Below are positions 18,784-28,578 of a DNA stretch of 64,000 nucleotides, in pieces (within the stretch, counting starts at the first letter, position 1; the number at the start of each line of letters is the position of its first letter). The notes beneath the pieces are model-generated. The model was not told the origin of the DNA and ran no database searches. It saw nothing but the letters and a program-made list of their open reading frames with translations. Source of the DNA: Verrucomicrobiia bacterium (GTDB lineage Bacteria > Verrucomicrobiota > Verrucomicrobiia > Limisphaerales > UBA1319); assembly GCA_963664225.1 (NCBI GenBank), contig OY760937.1, positions 5,440,001 through 5,504,000 of the forward strand. Reading direction: 5' to 3'. The translations under genes and the position numbers were made by a program.

Positions 18784-19491
18784 TTAATCTTCAGTGATGG
18801 ATTGCATTTGCTGTTCCAACCGCTGGCGCAAGAGTTCGCGCCCGGCTTCATCGGCTTCCCGCGGCACGCGAATCGGCTCACCCAAAGTGACCTTGCAGCG
18901 TGTAAAAGGCACGGGAATTTGAAAACGATCCCAACTTTTCAGGTGGATTTTCCAGTTCAAATGATAGACTATGGGATAGACAGACAGTCCGGTGATTTGA
19001 GCCAGGGCAATAGCCCCATCCTGGACATGGTAGCAGGGTCCTCGAGGGCCGTCAGGCGTGATCGCCACATTCAGCCCCTGTTCAGCCCAGGACGTTAATT
19101 CACGCAAGGCTTGCGGTCCGCGCCGACTGCTGCTGCCGCGCACAGGTTGAACGTCAAACAATTCGAGGATTCTGGCCAGCAAACCACCGTCGCGGCTTGC
19201 GCTGACGATGGCAGCCATCCGACGTTTTTTTGCGCTATTTCTGCTTTGCTGGCGGTCAATGTGCCGTTGAACGGCAAAACACAGTGCAAGTCGATTATGC
19301 CAGGTGCAGTAAATGACCGGCTCTGGAGAAGTGGACGAAAAAAGACCGGCCCGGTCGTTCCACGAGAAACGAATCGTGCATGTCACAAGCCTGATGAGGC
19401 TGTAAATGAGAAAAGCGAGCAATCGGCCATGCCAGGAGACGCCGTGAACTTTTACGACTTTGGATGATTTTAAAACGGTTGCGGACATCAA
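18784..19491 (-). CDS. DUF374 lysophospholipid acyltransferase family protein (LpxJ-like)
   Basis: WHNR, SASRDG, VRGSSSRRG, ITPDGPRGP and SWDRFQIP.PF motifs; 4-nt overlap with ruvA. Confidence 0.85.
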   Translation of the reverse strand: MMSATVLKSSKVVKVHGVSWHGRLLAFLIYSLIRLVTCTIRFSWNDRAGLFSSTSPEPVIYCTWHNRLALCFAVQRHIDRQQSRNSAKKRRMAAIVSASRDGGLLARILELFDVQPVRGSSSRRGPQALRELTSWAEQGLNVAITPDGPRGPCYHVQDGAIALAQITGLSVYPIVYHLNWKIHLKSWDRFQIPVPFTRCKVTLGEPIRVPREADEAGRELLRQRLEQQMQSITED

Positions 19492-20093
19492 GCTCCTTTG
19501 CGCAAACCTGCCCGGACCAGGGCATCGACACCGGCCTGCGGTCCAAGAACGGCAGCGGCTCCACGCACGGCGTCGTGCGCTTCGGCGGGTTTGAAACCCA
19601 AGGCGACCAGGGCGAGTGTGGCGTCATTGATCTTCTGGTCTTCCGGCGATAAATCCTTCAGCGCGCTGGCCGCTTCCCATGCGCCCGAAGCGCCGACCTT
19701 TTCCCTGAGTTCAACGACGATGCGTTCGGCGGTTTTTTTGCCAACACCGGATATTTGCGATAGTGATTTCACGTCGCTTTGAGAGACAGCACCGCGAAAG
19801 GCGGTGACGGACATGCCACTCAGGACATTGAGGGCGATTTTAGGGCCGACTCCGCTGACGGTGTTGATGAGGAGGCGAAACATTGCCCGTTCGGCTGCGG
19901 TTAAGAAACCGTAAAGGACATGGGCATCCTCACGAATGACCAGATGGGTCAAAAGCTTTACCTCGTTGCCCGGAGCCGGCAGTTTGTCGAAAGAGGACAG
20001 GGGAATGAGCAGTTCGTAGCCCACCCCGTGAACATCCACTGTGACCTGGGTCGGCAGGGCTTCAACAATCTTTCCGTGGAGAAAAGCGATCAT
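19488..20093 (-). CDS. ruvA: Holliday junction branch migration protein RuvA
   Basis: MIAFLHG, GVGYE, REDA..LYGF, VSGVGPK and GVGKKTAERIVVEL motifs. Confidence 0.96.
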   Translation of the reverse strand: MIAFLHGKIVEALPTQVTVDVHGVGYELLIPLSSFDKLPAPGNEVKLLTHLVIREDAHVLYGFLTAAERAMFRLLINTVSGVGPKIALNVLSGMSVTAFRGAVSQSDVKSLSQISGVGKKTAERIVVELREKVGASGAWEAASALKDLSPEDQKINDATLALVALGFKPAEAHDAVRGAAAVLGPQAGVDALVRAGLRKGA

Positions 20094-20097
20094 GGCG

Positions 20098-20706
20098 TCA
20101 GATTTGTTTGGGTCCGATCAACGAATACCCCCGTGATTCCTGGATCAAAGTCAGGGCCAATGCCAGCGCGTCGGCATCGTCAGGGGCGGGCAGTTCGGTC
20201 ATGTGCAGCATGCGTTGAATCATTTTTGCGACAGCCAGCTTTTGAGCAGCGCCATAGCCGACGATGGCTTGTTTGACCTTCCGGGGCGCAATTTCAAAAA
20301 TATCTATGCCGGTTTCGGCAACGGCCGTCAGGCAGGCGCCCCTGGCTTCACCCATGATCAAGGCAGTCTGGAGATTTTGGGCGTAAAAAAGTCCTTCGAT
20401 GGCGCAAACAGTGGGTTTGTGCTCCTTGAGAACATCCCGCAAGGTTTGGAGGATTTGAACAAGACACCTTGAGCGTTGCCAACTTGCAGGGCAGGAGATT
20501 GTTCCGTGGGCCAGTGCCATTGGCCCACTGGAACCCTGGCGGATGACGCCGTAGCCTGTTCCGCGCAAGGAAGGATCAATTCCGAGAATGGTTTTGTGCG
20601 AAAACGAACGTGCGACCACGGTCTGGGCGATCAGCGGACCGGCAGCCGGCTTTCTCGCGCCCAAACGGGCCTTCATTTCAGAAAATTGTTTTGGGGTAAC
20701 ACCCAC
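20098..20706 (-). CDS. ruvC: Crossover junction endodeoxyribonuclease RuvC (N-terminally extended)
   Basis: ILGIDP...TGYGV, AIE, GEARG, VKQAIVGYGAA.K and DADALALA motifs. Confidence 0.95.
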   Translation of the reverse strand: MGVTPKQFSEMKARLGARKPAAGPLIAQTVVARSFSHKTILGIDPSLRGTGYGVIRQGSSGPMALAHGTISCPASWQRSRCLVQILQTLRDVLKEHKPTVCAIEGLFYAQNLQTALIMGEARGACLTAVAETGIDIFEIAPRKVKQAIVGYGAAQKLAVAKMIQRMLHMTELPAPDDADALALALTLIQESRGYSLIGPKQI

Positions 20707-20774
20707 GGCGCTTACTGTGCCAAAGCAATTGCCAATTCAAAAGCGCAAAATCCCGCGCCGCGATGGGCGCCTGA

Positions 20775-21938
20775 TCAGGTTGAAGGCGTTTTTTGGACGC
20801 AGACTTGGAACGAGCGCCCCAAGTGGTCTGGGTGGATCAGCGTCTTGAACTGGCTTGTCAAGGGGGGAGTCTTACGGAATTCGGCCTCAAATTCTGCTGA
20901 ATGGTTCGCCAGGATGGAGGTCAGGAACCTGGATTGCGATTGATATGCCACGGTTTCAAGCCCTGCTTTTTCACCGGCATGTCTTATCGCGGTAAAATTC
21001 ACCATGGCGGTGATGTCTTGTGCGCCTGGATTGGCCAAAACGTCTAACTGAAGCTCGTGGTTGCGGTAGCCACGCAAGGTGCCATGAGCGCGTTGTGGTT
21101 CGAATAATTGCTCCATTTCCATGCCATAATCGACAGTCATCAGGTATCCAAGACGCAGTTTGTTTGCCGCCTTGCTCCACCATTGACGCGCGTCAGGGCA
21201 GAGATCGAGTGAAAAACCGTCGGGCAACACCCCGAGAAGCTCTTGTGGGAGCGCAAAACCGCACGCCCGAGTCTCTGCTTCGATGATCGCTGCTGCAGAA
21301 TTGCGCGAGTGCGTCATTTTGGCCCATGTAAATTTTTCATCCACTATGGCTACTCCCCATTCAAACCAGGTCTTTTCAAAGGCGTCCCAACGAATTCTGT
21401 GGGCGGGAAAAGCATCGAGTAATTCATTTGAAAAAATAATACCATCGACGCTGTTTTCTTCGAATTGATTCCAATCCTCAAACCAGGTCACGGCATGGCC
21501 GGCAGGACCGATGTTTTTTCGCTGCCATGCGCGGCGTTGCGGGGAGGGTTCCAGAATGCAATATTCAATTATCTTATTTGCAAGATGTTTGTATTTAGAT
21601 AAATACGTTAGTATATCCAGCGCCAATCGTCCGTCGTGAGCGCCGGTTTCGATACATCGAACGGAGGCGGCGGGAAGTGAACCGAGCCAGTCACAAAACT
21701 GTCTGGCAAGAAGCGTTCCAAACAGATTTCCAACGCTAACACTGGTAAAGAAATCTCCGGATTTGCCGATGGATAAATTGTGCGCCTCATAATAACCCTG
21801 TTTTGGGTGGTACAGCGCTAGCTCCATGAAGCGATGAAATGACAGAATGCCGTGGCTGGCGATTTCTTGCTTGATGGTATTAATTAAATTATTCAAATGC
21901 TTGCTCGCGATGGAAGTTTGATGGAAAAGTAAGGGCAC
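20775..21938 (-). CDS. SAM-dependent methyltransferase, MidA/NDUFAF7 family; start probably 40-50 nt downstream
   Basis: FMELALYHP..GYY, GDFFTS, NELLDAFP, DYG and PG.QDITA.VNF motifs. Confidence 0.9.
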   Translation of the reverse strand: MPLLFHQTSIASKHLNNLINTIKQEIASHGILSFHRFMELALYHPKQGYYEAHNLSIGKSGDFFTSVSVGNLFGTLLARQFCDWLGSLPAASVRCIETGAHDGRLALDILTYLSKYKHLANKIIEYCILEPSPQRRAWQRKNIGPAGHAVTWFEDWNQFEENSVDGIIFSNELLDAFPAHRIRWDAFEKTWFEWGVAIVDEKFTWAKMTHSRNSAAAIIEAETRACGFALPQELLGVLPDGFSLDLCPDARQWWSKAANKLRLGYLMTVDYGMEMEQLFEPQRAHGTLRGYRNHELQLDVLANPGAQDITAMVNFTAIRHAGEKAGLETVAYQSQSRFLTSILANHSAEFEAEFRKTPPLTSQFKTLIHPDHLGRSFQVCVQKTPST

Positions 21939-21960
21939 ATCATAGGATTATCGCTAAATT

Positions 21961-23055
21961 ATGGCCAAAATCGACGCATTTTTTAACTTAATGTTCGAAC
22001 AAAAAGCTTCGGACTTGCATTTGGCGGCGGGCAATCCGCCCATGCTGCGCATCAACGGCGAACTTCACCGCGTGGAGTATCCCGTATTGGAAAACGATGC
22101 CTTGAAGGGGATGCTCTATGAAATCACTCCTGAATTCAAAATCAAAGTGTATGAGGAAACGGGCGATGTCGATTTTGGTTATGAGATTGAGGGCTTATCC
22201 CGTTTTCGCGTAAATTTTTTCAATCAAAAGAACGGGGTGGGGGCGGTATTCCGGCAAATTCCGTCCACAGTGCTCTCATTTGAGGATTTCGAAAAATTCG
22301 ATGCGCCATTGCCTGCGGTTTTTAAGAAATTTGCGATGTTGAACAAGGGGTTGGTGGTGGTGACCGGTCCGACCGGAAGCGGCAAATCCACCACGCTGGC
22401 TGCGATTGTCGATTACGCGAATAGAAACAGGCGTGACCACATCATCACGGTGGAGGACCCCATCGAGTTTGTTCATGCAAGCAAGGGGTGTCTCGTGAAC
22501 CATCGCGAAGTCGGGGTGCATACAAGAAGTTTTGCCGCGGCATTGCGCGGTTCGCTGCGAGAAGACCCGGACATCATTCTGGTGGGCGAAATGCGCGATT
22601 TGGAGACGATCGAACTGGCGTTGACGGCGGCCAGCACGGGGCATCTGGTTTTCGGCACGTTGCATACCCAGAGCGCGGCTAAAACGGTGGATCGTATCAT
22701 CGACGTCTTCCCCGCCGATCAGCAAAACAAAATCAGGGCGACGCTTTCGGAGTCTCTGAGAGGGATTGTGGCGCAATCCCTGTTCCGGCGAATCGACAAG
22801 AAAGGGCGTGTTGCCGCGTTCGAGATTCTGGTGTTTACGACGGCCATTGCCAACCTTGTGCGGGAGGGCAAAGTGCATCAAATTCCAGGCATGATTCAAG
22901 TGGGCAAAAAACTGGGAAACATGCCATTGGATGACAGCATCATGGAGCATCTGAAAATGCGGCGGATATCACCGGAAGAGGCGTATGACAAATGTTTGGA
23001 TAAAAAGAAATTCCGGCCCTTCCTGGCCAATCCGCCGATTGACGATGAGGTTTGA
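21961..23055 (+). CDS. pilT: Type IV pilus retraction ATPase PilT
   Basis: ASDLHL, GPTGSGKSTT, TVEDPIE, LREDPDIILVGEMRD, TGHLVFGTLHT and AIANLVRE motifs. Confidence 0.93.
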   Translation: MAKIDAFFNLMFEQKASDLHLAAGNPPMLRINGELHRVEYPVLENDALKGMLYEITPEFKIKVYEETGDVDFGYEIEGLSRFRVNFFNQKNGVGAVFRQIPSTVLSFEDFEKFDAPLPAVFKKFAMLNKGLVVVTGPTGSGKSTTLAAIVDYANRNRRDHIITVEDPIEFVHASKGCLVNHREVGVHTRSFAAALRGSLREDPDIILVGEMRDLETIELALTAASTGHLVFGTLHTQSAAKTVDRIIDVFPADQQNKIRATLSESLRGIVAQSLFRRIDKKGRVAAFEILVFTTAIANLVREGKVHQIPGMIQVGKKLGNMPLDDSIMEHLKMRRISPEEAYDKCLDKKKFRPFLANPPIDDEV

Positions 23056-23095
23056 GGTGTCACTGCGGATGCGTTCTTAAACCACGGAGATTTTA

Positions 23096-24304
23096 ATGCG
23101 GAGAAACGAACTGGATCATTTGCTGGCGGCGATGTTGGACTCTCATCCCGATGTTTCTGACATAAACTTTACGGTCGATAAACCGCCTCAAGTGGAGTCG
23201 GGCGGCCAATTGGTGCCCATCACGCTGGATGGCGCCCTGCCCAAGCTTACCGCCTACCAAACCGAGATGCTGGCGCTGAATTTGATCGGCGGAAACCGGC
23301 GGTTGACTGAAACATTGATCCGCACCGGTTCCTGCGATGCTTCGTACGCATTGATGGATCAGGTGCGATTCCGCGTGAATATTTTTTCCCAACGGGGCCA
23401 GTTTTCCATCGTCATGCGGAAATTAAACACCCGCATTCCGACGATTGTGGAGTTAAAGCTGCCGGAGATATTCCATCAGGTGGCCCGCGAGAAAACCGGT
23501 TTGGTGCTGATTACCGGGGCCACCGGTTCGGGCAAATCGACCACGCTTGCTGCGTTGCTTGACCAGGTCAATGAGACACGGCCGGTGCATGTGATCACGC
23601 TCGAAGATCCGGTGGAATTCGTGCATTCGCAAAAAACTGCGACATTCAATCACCGGGAATTGGGGACGGATTTCGATGTTTTCGCCAACGGACTGCGAGC
23701 GGCGTTGCGCCAGGCGCCCAAGATCATTCTGGTGGGTGAAATGCGTGACCGCGAAACGGTGGAAATAGGCTTGTCGGCGGCGGAAACCGGACATTTGGTG
23801 TTGAGCACCCTGCATACGATCGATGCGGGACAGACCATCAACCGCATTCTGGGCATGTTCGACCAGGAGGAGCAAAAGCAGGTGCGGCTTCGGCTTGCGG
23901 ATACGCTGCGATGGGTCATCAGCCAGCGGCTGGCTCCGGCGATTCAAGGCGGAAGGGCGGCGTTATTCGAAATTATGGGAGCGAACCTGCGCACGCAGGA
24001 AAGCATCGTGTTGGGGGAGAGCGAGGGAAAGACATTTTACGAAATCATTGAGGCAAGTCATACTTTTGGCTGGAAGACCTTCGATCACTCTGTGATGGAA
24101 TTTTACGAGCAGGGAGCGATTTCAGAGGAGACGGCCCTACTGTACTGCACCAAGCGCGGACCGGTGACCCGCGCCATCGATCAGCTTAAGAAAGTGCGCG
24201 GGGAATTTGCCAGTTCCGTCAATCGCCTGCAGATGAAACCCGACGCCGCAGGCAAAGGCGGCGGCGCCCAGACGGCCGTGCCGCCCACATTAAAACTAAA
24301 GTAA
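23096..24304 (+). CDS. PilT/PilU family ATPase (second paralog)
   Basis: GATGSGKST, TLEDPVE, LRQAPKIILVGEMRD and ETGHLVLSTLHT motifs; lacks the AIRNLIRE motif. Confidence 0.9.
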   Translation: MRRNELDHLLAAMLDSHPDVSDINFTVDKPPQVESGGQLVPITLDGALPKLTAYQTEMLALNLIGGNRRLTETLIRTGSCDASYALMDQVRFRVNIFSQRGQFSIVMRKLNTRIPTIVELKLPEIFHQVAREKTGLVLITGATGSGKSTTLAALLDQVNETRPVHVITLEDPVEFVHSQKTATFNHRELGTDFDVFANGLRAALRQAPKIILVGEMRDRETVEIGLSAAETGHLVLSTLHTIDAGQTINRILGMFDQEEQKQVRLRLADTLRWVISQRLAPAIQGGRAALFEIMGANLRTQESIVLGESEGKTFYEIIEASHTFGWKTFDHSVMEFYEQGAISEETALLYCTKRGPVTRAIDQLKKVRGEFASSVNRLQMKPDAAGKGGGAQTAVPPTLKLK

Positions 24305-24308
24305 AGTC

Positions 24309-24776
24309 ATGACCGATTCCTTCGAATTCATCAGCCCCAGCGACAAACCCGCATTGCTTGGCTTAAGCACGATGGAGTGGCTGGTCAAGTGCAGGACCGA
24401 TCTGACGGATCTGGGTTACAAGGTGCATGTCGCGGTGGACCATGAGGATTTCCTGAGCCGGTTTAACCGCGCCCAATATCAGGTGGTGGTTCTCGAACGA
24501 CTGTTCGCATCCCCGACCCAGGAGGATAACCAATCACTGGGATCGCTTCAGCGATTAAGCGCAGCCCAGCGGCGGCATTCGGTCATCGTCCTGCTGGGCG
24601 ACGGGCTGCAAAGTCTGAATCCTTTTCAAGCTTTCCAATTCAGCGTTCATGCCGTGATCAACCGTTCGGAGCTGGATAGTTTCAAGCCGATCGTCCAGCA
24701 GATCGTTGCGGAAAACGATTTGTTTTTGCAGGTGTTCCGCGATGCCATGCAACAAATCAGCGCCTGGGGTAAATAG
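24309..24776 (+). CDS. Hypothetical protein, possible receiver-like (CheY-fold) domain, coupled to the pilT pair
   Basis: 155 aa starting 5 nt after the pilU-like stop; alternating beta/alpha pattern (LGYKVHVA, YQVVVL, VIVLLG). Confidence 0.7.
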   Translation: MTDSFEFISPSDKPALLGLSTMEWLVKCRTDLTDLGYKVHVAVDHEDFLSRFNRAQYQVVVLERLFASPTQEDNQSLGSLQRLSAAQRRHSVIVLLGDGLQSLNPFQAFQFSVHAVINRSELDSFKPIVQQIVAENDLFLQVFRDAMQQISAWGK

Positions 24777-24917
24777 CCGCGGCGCGCGCGATTTTCAGCC
24801 AGGCGGAAATATTGGCCTCCTTCAAATGTTCGCAGTTGCGCCGTTATTCTCGAGCGCAATTGTGTGGTTGCGGTTGATGCAGCCGTTGGATGATGGAAAG
24901 AGTTCCACCAGCCTGCA

Positions 24918-27900
24918 CTACAGTTTGGAACCGCCCAGGATTTGCCGCGCTTCCGTGGCGAAGGAGGCGTTTGGATCGATGGCCAGGGCTTTCCGCAAGG
25001 ATTCAGCGCTTTCCTTTTTCTGCTTGAGCTGGTTCTGAGCCAGCCCGAGGTTGAAAAAGACTTCGGCATCGTTGGTGCGCTTGCGGGCGCTATCCTGGAG
25101 CAGCCTTGCGGCATAACCATAGTCACCGTGGCGATAAGCGATGATTCCAATGGCCTTGGCCACCTCGGGATCGTCTGGATAGGCATCGCGAATGCGACCG
25201 GCCAGTTCAAAACCTTTTCCTGTATCGGCCGGGTTTTGAGCATAAATGAGAATGAGGCTGCGGGCCGCAGGGGTGAAGAGGGGGAATTTTGACGTTATGC
25301 GCTCGTAAATGGACCGAGCGACTGCGGCTTGTCCCTGGGCATCGGCGATGACGGCCGACGCCATGAGGGCAGGAAGATCGTCGGGACTGGCTTTGAGAAC
25401 ATCCTGCACCCAGGCTGAATATTGGGCAGCCTCGGCGGGATGAGCGACCACATTCAACGCGGAGAGGAATTGTTTGGCCCCGTCGAGATGGCCGGAAGCG
25501 GCGCCGGATTGGGCCACGGCCTGCATGAGAGCCAGCGCATCGGCTACGCGTCCCAGATGGTAAGTGGCCAGCGCCAGATAGTAGTTGATCCCGGGATTAT
25601 TGGGACGCTGACGGGCGCTTTCAGAAAGCAGGCTGAAGGCCCATTTGGCATCGCCGGTTTCATAAGCCAAAATGCCAAGGGCGAGTGTGATCTCCTGATT
25701 ATTGGGATCGATATTGCGGGCATTTTTGGCCAGTTCCATCGCCCTGGCCGGATTATTCAAATGATCGGCGTAAAGGTGGGCCAGACGAATCATCGGCGCA
25801 GCGTCTTTGGGGTTTTCCTGAATTGCGGCTTCGTACGTCGATTGGGCGCTGGAATTGTTGGTGTTCCGTTCGTAAAGTTGACCCAATTGAAGAGAGGCGG
25901 CGACCGCCTTTGGGTTTAGTTTAATAATGCGTCGATATGCGTCCTCAGCCTTGTCCATGGCCCCTTTTCTCTCGTAGGCCAGGCCGATCTGGATGAGGTT
26001 GGTCACGGCATTTGGTTTCGTGGCCAGCATCTTTTCATAAGCGGCTTGCGATTTGTCCAAGGCTCCGGAACGTTCGTAGAGGTCGGCAAGCCTGGTCAGA
26101 ACGATGGGATCGGAGCGTTGCCCGGCGTATCGTTTCTCGAGTTCCGCAATGGCTTGATCCACGTTTTGCGCAGGATCGAATGTCAGCAATGCCAGGCGTT
26201 GGCGGGTCTCTTCCCGACCGGGAAACTCCCGATTTTCCTTGAGGGCACGCTCGAAAGCGGTGCGGGCGGGGATTTCTTCTCCCATCATATAATGAGCCAT
26301 TCCGTTGTGGTATTGGACTTCCGGCTCGTTGACCAGCCTGGGCGCGCTTTCGTCCAGCAGTGCAGCGGCCTGCACATAGTCGCCTTTCTTAAACAGAATC
26401 CATCCCAAAGTATCCGCTGTGTAAGGGTCCGTGGGAAGCAATGCGCGGGCCCTGGCGGCCAGCGAGAGTGCTTTTTCGGGTTGAGTGAATTTTTCGGAAT
26501 ACAAATAGGCAAGGTTGTTAAGGGCAGGGGTGAAACCGGGATTGATGTTCAGGATGGTTTCATACATGTCCCGTGCCTGGTCGGGGTGTGCCATGGTTTC
26601 GTGAATCATGGCGATTTGCAGCATGGCCGAGAGATCGTTGGTCCTGCGGGCCAGGATGATTTGAAGCTTTTCGAGGGCCAGTTGCGGTTTGTGCTGCGAA
26701 ATGAACAACTGCGAGAGGGCCATGTAAGCCGGGCGATAATTGGGCTGGTTGTCGATGATCTTCAGCAACAGGGCTTCGGCTTGTGCGTTCGCGCCCTGGG
26801 CCAACTGGATTTGCGCCAGCAGGAACTGAGGCTCCGGCGCGGCGGGATTGGCGGCGATTTCCTTTTGCACCCTTTGGCTGGCTGCGGCATGTTGCTTATC
26901 CTGGATGTCCAATTCCACCAGTTTTTCGAGCGTGCGAATGTAGTGGGGATCGCGCGCGAGGCTCGATTCATATTGCTGGCGCGCTTCGGCGAATTTGCCC
27001 GATTTTTGCAGGGCGATTCCCGCCAGAAATCCCGGTTCAGGATTTTTTGGGAACGCGGCAGCCATTTGACGGAAGAGAGCTAAAACGTCATCGCTTGCGC
27101 CGCGCATGTTATAGGCGTCTGCGAGCAAGAGGTAGGCGCGAGGGATCTGATCGTTTTTCTTGAGCAGGGCGCGCAATGAGGCAATGGCGGATGCGGAATC
27201 CCCTCGTTCCATGGCAATTTGAGCCATTAGGATGGTTACATCGGCGTAGTTTGGATCCAGGTTCAAGGCCTGGGTCAGGCTGGTTTGGGCCCTTGCGCGG
27301 TCATTGTTTCGGCGGTATGCCGCCGCGAGTTCAAACCGCACTTGGGGAGTTTGCGGATAAAGGGCGGCCATTTTTTCAAATTCCTCGATGGCTCTGGCCG
27401 GTTCGTTTTGGGCGGTTTTCAGGCGTCCCTTCAACAGCATGGCATCATAATTCATTCCGTCGCGAGTGAGGATCTTTTGCAGCAACGCGGCGCAGGAATC
27501 ATAATGGCGCTCCACAAACGAAATTTCCGCCAGGAAATTCATGGCGGGAAGATAATCCGGGGCTTTGTCGGTGATTTCCCGTAGAATTCTTTTGGCCTCG
27601 TCAATATACCCGGTGCGCAATTTAAATTCAGCGTATTTGAGGCGTCTGGCGGATTTGAGGGGTGAGAGGTCCGCCGCGGTTTTGAATGAACGGTCCGCGT
27701 TGGTGAGATCCTCGCGCATCCAGTATAAGTTGCCCAAGGCCGCATGCACGGCTGCGTTTTTTGGCTCCATTGCCAGAGCCTGGTTAAATGACGCCTCGGC
27801 GGATTTTACGTCCTGCTGCCGGAGGCTCAGGTTGCCCATGGCCAGGAGGAAGGCGGCCTGTTTGCCAGCCTGCGGAGCCAGCTTAAGCAGGCTTTGGCGT

Positions 27901-28343
27901 GTCTCTTCCAATTCTTTTGGAGTGACTGCGGCATCGACCAGCATGAGGATGGCTTCCTGATTGGCGGGCTCTTTGGATAATACAAAGGATGCATCCTCCC
28001 GGGCTTCCTTGAATTTGCGCGCGGCAAAATAGACAAGCCCCCGGCGGAGACGGGCTTCGACGTTATTTGTGTTTTGCCTGAGCAGTTCGCCGTAGAAGGC
28101 GAAGGCACGGGGCATGTCGCCGCGTTCGAAGTAAATCCGGCCCAGTTGTCGAACCGCCAATGGATCCGCTCCCGCAAGCTGGATCACGGATAAATACTCG
28201 ATTTCCGCCTTGTCCAATTCATTGACTTGAAAATATTTGTCTGCGTTTCGAAGATGGCGCTCCTTTTTGGCTGATTTGGAACAGCCCATCCCTGATGACA
28301 ACAAGCCAACGATTAATAGGAAGGTGAACAGTCGGGATCCCAT
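24918..28343 (-). CDS. Large TPR-repeat lipoprotein, PrsT-like (PEP-CTERM/EPS-associated)
   Basis: Signal peptide ending GMGC; many TPRs; ALNNLAYLY...ADTLGWIL module typical of the PrsT C-terminus. Confidence 0.82.
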   Translation of the reverse strand: MGSRLFTFLLIVGLLSSGMGCSKSAKKERHLRNADKYFQVNELDKAEIEYLSVIQLAGADPLAVRQLGRIYFERGDMPRAFAFYGELLRQNTNNVEARLRRGLVYFAARKFKEAREDASFVLSKEPANQEAILMLVDAAVTPKELEETRQSLLKLAPQAGKQAAFLLAMGNLSLRQQDVKSAEASFNQALAMEPKNAAVHAALGNLYWMREDLTNADRSFKTAADLSPLKSARRLKYAEFKLRTGYIDEAKRILREITDKAPDYLPAMNFLAEISFVERHYDSCAALLQKILTRDGMNYDAMLLKGRLKTAQNEPARAIEEFEKMAALYPQTPQVRFELAAAYRRNNDRARAQTSLTQALNLDPNYADVTILMAQIAMERGDSASAIASLRALLKKNDQIPRAYLLLADAYNMRGASDDVLALFRQMAAAFPKNPEPGFLAGIALQKSGKFAEARQQYESSLARDPHYIRTLEKLVELDIQDKQHAAASQRVQKEIAANPAAPEPQFLLAQIQLAQGANAQAEALLLKIIDNQPNYRPAYMALSQLFISQHKPQLALEKLQIILARRTNDLSAMLQIAMIHETMAHPDQARDMYETILNINPGFTPALNNLAYLYSEKFTQPEKALSLAARARALLPTDPYTADTLGWILFKKGDYVQAAALLDESAPRLVNEPEVQYHNGMAHYMMGEEIPARTAFERALKENREFPGREETRQRLALLTFDPAQNVDQAIAELEKRYAGQRSDPIVLTRLADLYERSGALDKSQAAYEKMLATKPNAVTNLIQIGLAYERKGAMDKAEDAYRRIIKLNPKAVAASLQLGQLYERNTNNSSAQSTYEAAIQENPKDAAPMIRLAHLYADHLNNPARAMELAKNARNIDPNNQEITLALGILAYETGDAKWAFSLLSESARQRPNNPGINYYLALATYHLGRVADALALMQAVAQSGAASGHLDGAKQFLSALNVVAHPAEAAQYSAWVQDVLKASPDDLPALMASAVIADAQGQAAVARSIYERITSKFPLFTPAARSLILIYAQNPADTGKGFELAGRIRDAYPDDPEVAKAIGIIAYRHGDYGYAARLLQDSARKRTNDAEVFFNLGLAQNQLKQKKESAESLRKALAIDPNASFATEARQILGGSKL

Positions 28344-28349
28344 GCCTGG

Positions 28350-28378
28350 ATTCTATCGGAAATCGTGGATCGGGTCAA
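28350..28378 (-). promoter_or_regulatory. Sigma-70 promoter predicting a leaderless mRNA for the TPR gene
   Basis: TTGACC-N17-TAGAAT followed by 6 nt and then the ATG. Confidence 0.7.
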
Positions 28379-28492
28379 AAAAAATGCGAGTTACCGCACC
28401 GAACGAGCGCCGCAGTTTTTCCGGGGGTTCTGATTTTTTTGACTTGCGCCGAAAATAGGGGGCTGTCAGATTATGCGCGTTGGCAGCGAAGT

Positions 28493-28567
28493 GCGCGCTT
28501 AGCTCAGTGGTAGAGCATTACCTTCACACGGTAGGGGTCGCAGGTTCAAGCCCTGCAGTGCGCACCA
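28493..28567 (+). tRNA. tRNA-Val (anticodon CAC)
   Basis: Cloverleaf with acceptor GCGCGCT/AGTGCGC, D-arm AGCTCAGTGGTAGAGC, anticodon loop TT-CAC-AC, T-loop GGTTCAAGCC and encoded CCA. Confidence 0.97.
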
Positions 28568-28578
28568 TTTCTCCCGGA

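Noticed and set aside
26046..27083. 345-aa plus-strand ORF
   Set aside because: Antisense shadow of the TPR gene.
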